From: Mobula hypostoma
Taxonomy: Eukaryota
Reading direction: 5' to 3'
DNA length: 64,000 nt
NCBI RefSeq assembly: GCF_963921235.1
Contig: NC_086107.1
Coordinates: 98,582,001-98,646,000, forward strand
Shown: positions 54,181-64,000 of the stretch, one piece after another
Layout: the number at the start of each line of letters is the position of its first letter
How positions within the stretch are numbered: position 1 is the stretch's first letter
The notes under the pieces: generated by a model
The model's database searches: none
What the model saw: only the letters and a program-made list of their open reading frames with translations
Told to the model about the DNA's origin: nothing
Program-made: the position numbers and the translations under genes

Positions 54181-54579
54181 TCAGTTACACCAGTTCTGTC
54201 TGGAGGAATGGAACAAAAGTCCAGCAACTTACTGTGAGAAGCTTGTGGAAGGCCTCCCAAAACATTTGACCCAAGTTAAACAATTTAAAGGCAATGCTAC
54301 CAAATACTAGCAAAATGTATGTAAACTTCTGACCCACTGGGAAAGTGATGAAAGAAATAAAAGCTGAAATAAATCATTCTCTCTACCATTATTCTGACAT
54401 TTCACATTCTTAAAAAAAAGTGGTGATCCTAACTGACCTAAAACAGGGAATGTTTTCTAGGATTAAGTGTCAGGAATTGTGAAAAACTGAGATTAAATGT
54501 ATATGGTTAAGGTGTATGTGTACAAAGTTTCATGGTGCCAACGTCTTTGGAAGGGCAAGTAGCCAAGACGGAAGTAGAG

Positions 54580-54845
54580 ATCGCTGGCGTAGGTGCAACA
54601 GCGTAACGCTATCACAGTGCCAATGAGGGTTCAAATCCCGGCACAGTCCGTAAGGAGTTGGCCCATTCTCCCTGTGACCGAGTGGTTTCCTCTGTGGGCT
54701 TTGGTTACTGTTGGTGACTTATGTGTCGTGCTGTGTTTGTGCTGGAAGGGTGGTGACACTAGTGGCTGGCCCAACACCCACTTAGTTTTGACTTGATGCA
54801 AACAAAGCATTTCACTGTATGCTTTGATTAAATATTTAATCTTTA
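54580..54845 (+). mobile_element. Degenerate tRNA-derived (V-type) SINE
   Basis: B box GGGTTCAAATCCC, then GTAAGGAGTT..TTCTCCCTGTGACC..GGTTTCCTC. Confidence 0.55.
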
Positions 54846-55859
54846 TCTCTTTCAAAATATCTGAAAAGTTTAAGTGTTTGAGGTGATCACCTAGGCTGTG
54901 TCCTGGGTTACTGTGGGAAGTGTTGGTTGCCATAAACATAAATACGCTGGTCAGAAGGGGGTGAAAGGACATGCCAGGTTGCCCAGAACGAGTTATCTTA
55001 ACCTATGTTATAGTGCAGCTTTTTTAAATATGTGGAATCATTTTTTTTAAAGGCTCATGGTCGACTCCAGACCATTTCTGCAGCTGAGGCGTTGAGAAAG
55101 GTTGAAGTCAGCGAGGACGAGCCGTCTTGGGGTCGTCTGCCTGACCGGTCCTCCCCTCTCCCCTCCTCCTGGCTAGCTGCTGACCGGGGAAGGTGCAGGA
55201 GTCTTGGGGCCCACATTGCAGGGATCGACCCGGAGAGGCTGCGGACTCGTTTGGGGGGGGGGGGGGGTCATGTCGCATTTGTTCCCGGACTGTGATTTTT
55301 GGCTGCTTTTGGGCAGTGTAGTCGGGGCGGACGATGCGGTCTGGGGCGCTTCAGCCAACAATGCTTTGCCCTGCGGACTGCAGTGGGCTAGCGGCGCGAC
55401 GCCGAGCTGAACCGAACCGAACATTGCCGGCCTCCTGCGTTCGATATCCGCGTCGCTCGCTTGCTTGCTTTTTGCCGATTGCGCAATTTGTTCTGCGTTG
55501 TTCGGTGTTCGTGTTCCGTGGCGGTTCTTCGTTTCGTGGCTGGGGCGGTGTGGGGACAAAATTCAGAACTGTAAACTGTATAGCTACTTTTATAATAGAG
55601 GTACTTTGAATAAATGAGCTCTCCAAGTTTACTACACGGGCTTGTTTAAAGGCGCTGTGTTTGATATTTTTGTTGATAAGGTAACAAAAGGTTGGTGGTG
55701 AACATGGGCGTTACGTGTATGGATTATCGGGAAGTGTTTGATGAACCTGAGTTATAGGGAAAAGTGAAATATGTTCGGACTTTCACTGGAGCACGGGAGA
55801 ATGATGGGGGCGGGGGATTATAAAAACATGGCTAAGAAATTGGCGCAATAGTTCTATTT

Positions 55860-58460
55860 AATGTCAGAGAAATGTAGGCAGCGATGAGCCAGTTGAAGTT
55901 AACCCCTGTGATTTTCTAACCTTTCGAGAACCTTGCGAGGGTCCTGAGGCTCCTGTATCACCTTCCTGACGGCAGCAGCGAGAAGAGAGCGTCCCCGTGA
56001 TGGTGGGGGGGGGGGCTGATAATTGATGCCGCCTTCCTGTGACAAAGCTCCGTTTCAATGTGATCAACGGTGCGGAGGGCTTTGCCCGTGATGGACTGGG
56101 CCACGCCCGTTACTTTTTATTGGCTTTTCTGTACAAGGGCATTGGTGTTTCCATGCCAGGCTGTGGTGCAACCGGGCACTATACCCTCCATCACACACCT
56201 ATAGAAGTCTGTCATGGTGTTAGGTGTCACGTCGAATCTTCGCAGAAAGGAGAGGCACTGCCATGTTTTCTTTGTAATTGCATTGATGTGCTGGAGCCAG
56301 GACAGATCTTCTGAGATGTTAACACTGAGGAATTTACATGTACTACCCTCTGCACCTCTGATCTCCCGATCATGGACCTCTGATTTCCCCCTCCTGAACT
56401 CAATAATCATCCCCTTGGTCTTGCTGACATTGAGTGAGGGGTCACTGTTATAGCACCACTCAGCCAGATTTTCACTCTCCCTCCTAAAGTAAAATTTACT
56501 TTTGGAAGTTTCCAGTACTACCCCGAGATTCATTTTCTTCCAGGCACTTACAGGAAAATATAAAGAAATGCAATACAATTTATGAAAAAAATATATAAAG
56601 AGGGACAGCCAATGTACAAAAGAAGAATTGTGCAAATAAAAAAAGAATATATTACTGAGAACATGACTTGTAACAATGCCTTGAGAGTAAGTTGGTAGGT
56701 TGGGTTGAGGTGAGTGAAGTTATCCACACCGCTTCAGGGGCCTGATGGTTGTAGGGTAATTACTGTTCCTGATCCTGGTGGTGTTTGGACCCAGGTCTTC
56801 GGTACCTCCTGCTGATGGTAGTAGCAAGAAGAGAGCATGACATTGATGTGGGGAGGGGGTCCTTGATGATGGATTCTGGTCTCTTATGGCAGTAGGCCAT
56901 GTAAATGTGCTCAGTGGTAGGGAGGACTTTGCCTAGGCTGATTCCACCACTTTTTGAGGACTTTTCTGTTCCTGGGCATTGGTGTTTCCAAACCATGCTG
57001 TGATACAACCATCTATAGTTGTTTGAGGGCTCCTCTGACTTTTTTCTGTCTTCTCCAATAAAATTGAGATAAGTCACTCCAGCAGTCCGAGGTACGCACC
57101 TGCTTTAAGTAGGCTTCAATCATACCGGTGCCCAAGAAGAGTGTGATGACCTGCCTCCATGACTGTCATCCAGTAGAACTTGCATTCACTGTGATGAATT
57201 GCTTTGAGAGGTTGCTCATGAAGGAGTGACTTGGATTCAATCCAATTTGCCTCCTGTCACAGCTCAAGAGCAGATGCCATTTCATTGGCTCTTCACTTAT
57301 CCATGGAATATCGGGTCAGTGAAGATGCATACATTGGGAAACACTTCATTGACTACAGCTCAGCACTAAACAGTATTATTCCCTCAAAATGTATCGGTAA
57401 GCTCCAAGACCTAGGCGTCGGTACCTCCTTGTGCATCTGGACCCTTGGTTTCCTCACTTGCGGATCCCAGTTGGTACAGATTAGTAGCAGCATCTCTTCA
57501 AAAATGACCATTGGCACAAGTCTGTGTGCTTAGACCCCGGCTCTGCTTGCTTTACACTTTTAACTGTGAGGCTAGGTACAGCTCCAGCGCTGTATTTTAA
57601 GTTTGCTGGTGTTACTATTGTTGCCCGACTCAAAGGTGGTGGTGATGTGGCATATAGGAGGGAGATTGAAAATCTGCGCTGAGTGTTGCCAAAACAACAC
57701 TCCCTCCCCCATAGTCAGCAAAACCTAAGAACTGATTATTAACTACAGGAGGAAGAAATTGCAGGTCCCTAAGCCAATGCTCACTGGGCGATCAGAGATG
57801 GAGAGGGTGAGTAACTTTTAATTTCTGGGTGTTATCAAATAAATGGATCTTTCTGGGACCAGCATGTAAATGCCGTTTCAAAGAACTTCTACATTTTAGA
57901 AGTTTGTGCAGATTTGACATCTAAGTCTTTGATGGACTTCTGTAGATGCACGGTAGAGAGTGGTTGCAACACCAATTCCCCAAAATGGAAAAGCCTGCAA
58001 GAAGTGATGGATACAGCCCAGTTCATCGCAGGAAAAGCCCTCCCTACTATTCAGCACGCCTACAAAGAGCACTGCCGCGAGGAAACATCCATGATCAGGG
58101 GGCCCTCACCATCCAGGCTATGCTCTCTTCTCAGTCCTGCCATTGGGAAGGAGGTAAGGAAGGAACCTTGGCTCCCACACCACCAGGATCAGGAGCAGTA
58201 GCTTCACTCACCACAACCCTGAACTGATCATTGAACCCAACCTGTGCATCACTTTCAAGGAGTCTACAACTCATGTTCTCAGTATTCTGTATTTGTTTAT
58301 TTATTATTACCTTTTTCTTTATTTGTTTGCACAGTTTGTCAACCTCTGTATTGATCCCATTGTACTTCGTTCTACGGTGAATATCTGCAAGAAAATAAAT
58401 GTCAGGGTAGTATTGGGTGACATATACATACTTTGATAGTAAATTTACTGTGAACTTTGG
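55860..58460. mobile_element. Cluster of Rex1/Babar LINE fragments in both orientations
   Basis: LNVSKTKGMIIEFRR..LSWLQHI..CLSFLRR (minus); DSIQFA..DAISLALH..FIDYSSALNSIIP (plus). Confidence 0.75.
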
Positions 58461-59439
58461 AAAACACTGGATTTTTGTTAACTTCAGAGCTTTACATTCC
58501 CCAATGACAAAAAAAGTGGATGTCAGGTCAATAAACCAATATTCTTCATAGTCTCTTTTCTACAATCAATCCCCTGAAACCGGACTGCCCTTTTAAAGGT
58601 AGTGTACTTCTTCCTGCCACTGAAGATGGAAGGGAAATAAATTCAAACTGCATAAGCAAGCAGTGAAACTAAATAAATAGCTTCAATTAATATCAGAGAA
58701 TGTGTACAATATACAACCTGAAATCCTTGTTCTTCACAGACATCCTCAAAACAGAAGAGTACTCCAAAGAATGGCAGTAAAAATGTTAGAACTCCAATGC
58801 CCTCTCTACTCCCCCCCCATGCAGCAGAGCAACGACTCAACCCCTCCCCACTTATTTCACCCTCCACCTCCCCCAAGCAAAACCCCCGAGACCATGATCT
58901 GCAGAGCAACAAAAATCTAATCGTTCACCCGATAGTTGACGTACTCTCTCCCCCACCCCCTGATAACGGGACAGAGGTATCCCCTTTCACAGCGAGAGGA
59001 GAGACCAACGACCAAAAACAAAAACCGCACACGATTGCCTAACGTATTAGACTTGGCAACTCCTGTGAACGTGACCTGCAGCGCATGTGATTCTCCCCGC
59101 TGCACTGTACAGTGGTGGACAGGACACCAGAGCAACTGGGATGCCGGGGAAAACTCACTGGGGATGGAGAGGAAGGACATATTTGCAAATTAGAGACAGA
59201 TTCGTGACAGCTGCCAACTATGCAGGAAAACAAAAATGGAGAGAATTATGCAGCTTCTGTGGGTGCGGCAGAGCTTTGTAGAGACTGATGTGTTTGAACT
59301 GAACAGGGGACGGCCACAGCTGTGCCATTAAACTTGTGCGCAAGGTAGAAAGCGGTTCATGACTAACTTAAACGGAAACGGTAAGCAAGTTGTGAATAGC
59401 GTTTGGGGTTGGAACAGAGGTGTGATTTAAACCCTTGCT

Positions 59440-59625
59440 GGAGGCTCTGTTTACTAGGATCTTTCCGTGCCGGGCCTGCGGCGGATTGTGGAGACTCCCG
59501 AGTGAAGCGCGACGCGAACCAAGCCGCGACAGCTGCGGGCGGCTGGACGAAAACGGGGACTGGCGAGGTGGGCAAGGTTGGGCTGAGCTGCCTAAAAGGG
59601 AGGGAGGAGGAGGGCTGTAAGTACT
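59440..59625 (+). promoter_or_regulatory. Small CpG-rich patch, possible alternative promoter or first exon
   Basis: Dense CpGs in apparently non-repeat sequence; candidate donors GAG|GTGGGC (59568) and GCT|GTAAGT (59617). Confidence 0.35.
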
Positions 59626-60546
59626 GAACTGGATTGAGGATGATAGTGTCGATATTTAAAGGTCCAGTTTTCAGTAAGGTTAGCAAGCTCTGTAACTAGT
59701 TCAGAGGGAATTGATATAATACTCCAGCGGCCCGAAGCTCTGTAGTTTTCATCTTGTCAGTTTTAATTCTTGATAAATATTTATTTCTGGCCCCCATAAT
59801 TCTTAATTCTCATTCTACAGTAAATGTTGGGGTTTCTACTTGCATTTTACTGATGCCCTGGGGGGGAAAAATTTTTCCTCCACGCAAGATCTTGGCCAGC
59901 ATCTCTGCCCCCTGCTGCTTAGCCGGCACTCGGTGACATCCCTCCTGTCCCCGTTTTGTGGGAATCTCTCCCGTGCACACTGCGCTCTTGTTGTGGGGTT
60001 GACTTTCCCCCCCGGGGTGTCTGGTCACACTGAATGAATTGGAAGAGTAGCGAGCGATGTAACTCAAGGATGGTGAGAGAGATCTGGTGAAAGAAGGCAT
60101 TGTGCATTTCAAGGCTGTCAGTTCGACTGGGAAGCCAATAGTCATTGGAGGCTGTAGGGGAACAAAGGCCATCTTGTTTTGCGTGAAAATGAAAGCTTTC
60201 CAGTTCTCTGCTAGTTAGTTAGCCATTGTTTGCCGGTACACTGGGACCCCTTGATGACCCTTAAGATCAGAATGCTGGTTCACAGGCTAGCCTCTGGAAG
60301 GTGGACGGACTGAGCTGCATGGTGCCCAGTCCGTTTCTCGATCGGAGCTGTAATTCCGCCAGCGTCAAGGATGGCTTTTGCATCCGCTGCGGTTTTGTGT
60401 GTTCTGAGGGTAGGCGGCCGGAATGGGAGCTGTAAACCATTCCACAGTTCCGCAGGTGAGGTGGCGCACTCCGCCCTCACAGTGTTGAGCTGTAGAAAGG
60501 TACAGTTGTACAAAGGAAGGTTCGAGAAACAACATAGACATAACAG

Positions 60547-60758
60547 CGCAGACACGAGGAAATGTGCAGATGCTGGAAATTCAAGCAACACGCACACAAA
60601 ATGCTGGTGAACGCAGCAGGCCAGGCAGAGGTACAGTCGACGTTTGGGGCCGAGACTCCGTCCTGACGAAGGGTCCCGGCCCGAAACGTCGACTGTACTT
60701 CTTCCTATAGATGCTGCCTGGCCTGCTGCGTTCACCAGCATTTTTTTGTGTGTGTTGC
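60547..60758. mobile_element. About 210-bp fold-back PLE-derived insertion with an intact hammerhead core at its centre
   Basis: Two head-to-head pLTR arms; CTGACGA 60663-60669, GAAA 60683-60686, GTC 60688-60690. Imperfect flanking repeat CATAGACATAA (60533) and CATAGCCATAA (60758). Confidence 0.88.
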
Positions 60759-61049
60759 ATAGCCATAAAAGGCTGGTTAATCGGCGTTGCTAACATTGAC
60801 TAGATGTAATAGTCCATAGGAGAGGAAGAGCTATCTCCTGCACAACCCAACTTGGTGACTGGGCAATTGTTACTTGCTTAAGAATGGTTCTTGGCTTATT
60901 ATTCTCATCTGACAAGAATCAGAATCTGGTTTAATATCACTGTGTCCCGTGGAGTTTGTTAACTTTGCGGCAGCAGTGTAATGCAGTCCGTAATAAATAG
61001 GAAAAAACTGAATTAGAGTGTATATGTATGTTTATAAATGTGTGTGTAG

Positions 61050-63395
61050 GGGATCACGGGTTTGCGCCTCTGGTGGACTGGGTTAAGCAGCATCTGCCGT
61101 GACTGGAGTCCAATGCGGGAGTGACAGTCCTTGTCACACTGTGTACAGCAGGACACTGAGGCAGCTCTGACTTCTTGGGCAGCTTGGGCACGGAGCTTTC
61201 TGCGGGCTCTCTTTTCCCCTGCTTGCTGCATCAGAGTGGTCTTATACCTCAAGAGACCCTTCTTCACCTCCTGCTTCGGGGCACACCTGTCTGAGGCGAG
61301 CGACTGCCACGTGTTGGTGCTAATACCAAGGGCCTTGAGTTCGCGCTTGCAGGTGACCTTGTAGCACAGCTGGGGTCTTCCTGGTGGCGTCTTTCCAGAC
61401 TCCAGCCCCCCAAAGAGAAGCTCCTTCGGTATGCGTCCATTTGCCAGGCGCAAGACGTGGCCTGGCCTGCGTGTGCGCCTCTGTTTGAGGAAGGTGAACA
61501 TGGAGGTGGTGCCCGCTCTCTCAAGCACTGTGTTGTTGGTAACCTTGTCTTCCCAGGTGATGCCAAGTATGTGTCTGAGGCAGCGCTGAGTCGCTGCTCT
61601 TGTTTTGTGTGCAGGGTCCAAGTTTTGCTGGCATAGAGCAAAGTGCTCAGCACACAGGCTGTGTACACCTGGACTTCAGTGTTCATGGTGAGTCTGTTGC
61701 TGGCCCAGACTCTCTCAGTCAACCTTGAGAAGGTTGTGGCTGCTTTTCCAAAGCGCTTGTTGATCTTGCTTTTGAGTGACTGGCTATCTGAGATCTTGGA
61801 GCCCAGGTATGTGAATTTGTGGACAACCCCCAGCTCATAGTCGACAATGTTAATAGATGGCTTGTCGTCAACAACTTGCCCCATCGCTTATGTCTTCAGC
61901 CTGATAGTCAGGACGAACTCTCTGCAGGCTTCCGCAAAGCGGGTCATGAGACCTTGTAGCTGTGAGTTGTGACTGTGTCATCGGCAAACAGGAAGTCTCT
62001 GAGGAGCCTATCTGCACTTTGGTCCTCACTCTGAGTCTTGACAATCTGAAGAGATTTCCTTCTGATCTTGAACGAAGACAAATGCCCTCAGTGGCCTTCC
62101 CAAAGACGGACTTGAGCAATACTGCAGAGAAGATGCCGAACAGCATCGGAGCGAAGACACACCCCTGAGGATGTTGAGGGACTCTGATGTGGAGCAGTCG
62201 AACACTATGGTCCCCTTCACGTCCTTATGAAACGACCTGATGATGCTGAGTAAGATTGGGGGGCAACCGAAGAGAGATGCCGCAATAATTGTTACAGTCG
62301 GTCCTGCCACCCTTGTTCTTGTAGAGAGTGGCAATGTTTGCATCCCTCATGTATTGGGGCATGCCACCTTCTCTCCAACACTGGCAGAGAATTTGATGCA
62401 GCTCTGGGATGAGGGTGCCCTTGGCACATTTGAGAACCCCAGGAGGGATGCCATCTTTTACTGGTGCTTCCCCAGTAAAAAGTGCTTCCGGTGCCTCGCT
62501 GAGTTCCTTCTGTGTGGGGTCTGCATCAAGTTCGATCATGGTGGGTAGAGGTTCAAAGGTGTTCAGAGCTTTTTCTGCAACAACAGTCTCTCTGGCATAC
62601 AGCTCCAAGTAATGTTCTACCCGGCGTTCCATCTGCCATGTTCTGTCCTTGATTTCCTCTCCTGTTAATGACTTTTGAGGGGCAGTCTCCCCACTAATGG
62701 ACCAATGGCTTGCTTGATTCCGTCATACATTCCTCTGAGGTTGCCAGTGTCAGCAGTTTCCTGGAGCCAGTAGTCATTGGCACACCGCCTGACAGTCTGT
62801 TGAACTTTGTTCCAGGTAGACTGGAGCACTTGCAGGTTTGTCTCACTAGGAGAGGACTTGTACGCTGTCAGTGTATTTCTCTTCTGCTCAGTCAGAGGCG
62901 CTTCAGAGTGGGCCTCAAACCAGTCAGCAGACTTGACTGTCTCTTCTCCGGTGGATATCGTAGTGTTGTAGATGGTGTCCCGCAGGTTTTCCCATCTCTT
63001 GCTGACACTGGCGTCGGGAGAGCCAGGCAGAGCTTCCCCCAGGGCTTGCACAGACTCGGCTATCTTTACAGGATCACAAGTATTGCTGGTGTCAATGCGT
63101 GGCCTCCCCTCCCTTCCGGAATGATGAAAGCTTCTTGGCTGAAGTTCTATCTTGCTGCACTGAAGGGAGTGGTCAGTGTCGCAGTCTGCTCTCTGGCAAC
63201 TACAAGTCACCTTGACAGTCTAAAGACTGCTGCGTCTGGTGAGTATGAGATCAAGTTGGTGCCAATGTTTGGACCTTGGATTTCTCTTTGGGTTGAAGCT
63301 TAGTGTTGAAGAAGGTGTTAGTGATACAGAGATCAGGTTGGAGTTCAAGGGGGCACCAGTCATTTTCATTCATCTTTCCAGTTCCAAACGGTCCC
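61050..63395 (-). mobile_element. Degenerate RTE-clade LINE ORF (EN end, RT, C-terminal zinc motif)
   Basis: DCDTDHSL, LYKNKGGRTDCNNYCGISL, FTYLGS, LSTLLYASKTWTL, CLRHILGITWEDKV, RIPKELLFG, CTQCDKDCHSRIGL. Confidence 0.88.
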
Positions 63396-64000
63396 AAATG
63401 TATATGTATGTGTGTGTGTGTGTGTGTTAAATTAACTAAGTAGTGAGGTAGTGTTCATGGGTTCAATGTCCATTCAGAAACTTGATGGCAGAATGGTAGA
63501 AGCTGTTCCTGAATTATTGTGTGTGCGCCTTCAGGCTTCTGTACCTCCTTCCTGATGGTAACAATGGGAAGAGGGCATGTCCTGGGTGGTGGGGGCCCTT
63601 AATGACGGACCTTTTTGAGGCACAGCTCCTTGAAGATGTCATGGGTACTACAGAGGCCAGTACCCATGATGGAACTGACTAATTTTACAACTCTTGCAGC
63701 TTGCTTTGATCCTGTGCAGTAGCACCCCCCCCCCCCCATACCAGCCAGTGATGCAGCCAGTCAGAATGCTCTCCACGACTGGTTGGCATCCATCTGTCTC
63801 GAAGGACAATGGGTGATGATGATCATCACAAGCCTGGGCAGAAGGTATGGAGATCCTGAGATGTCCAGTTGCCAAGACCCCTCTCTCGGCCTCACCAGTG
63901 TAGTCCAAAGGAAACCTTGTGAAGCAATTTGTTTGGCTTGGCTACGGGAGCTGCTGGAAGGATGTTCGATGATGTCCAGCCGCCTTAGGGGCTCCACTCC

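Overview
Eukaryotic, repeat-dominated genomic DNA. The repeat families (CR1, Rex1/Babar, RTE, V/CORE-type SINEs, Neptune-type Penelope-like elements) suggest a cartilaginous fish such as a ray; the organism is an inference. Main contents: (1) a full-length L1-clade LINE with open ORF1 and ORF2 and a 9-bp TSD (1224-7133, minus), nested with a Penelope fragment and a 67-bp MITE inside one old CR1; (2) at least 10 Penelope-like element (PLE) insertions whose 3' ends carry a minimal hammerhead ribozyme motif, including two small fold-back insertions; (3) a Sleeping Beauty-like Tc1 transposon whose left end is an inverted copy of its right end, split by a 2.9-kb PLE with a 12-bp TSD; (4) a 2.5-kb two-LTR endogenous retrovirus retaining a tRNA-His-like PBS, integrase and a possible env stub; (5) a CpG island with a probable first coding exon (ATG-G|GTGAGT at 25197-25206) followed by a 2.1-kb polypyrimidine tandem array; (6) hAT, Tigger, RTE, Rex1, CR1 and SINE relics. 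No host protein could be identified. Most short ORFs in the track are antisense or frame artefacts of repeats. All comparisons with known elements are from memory, not from searches.
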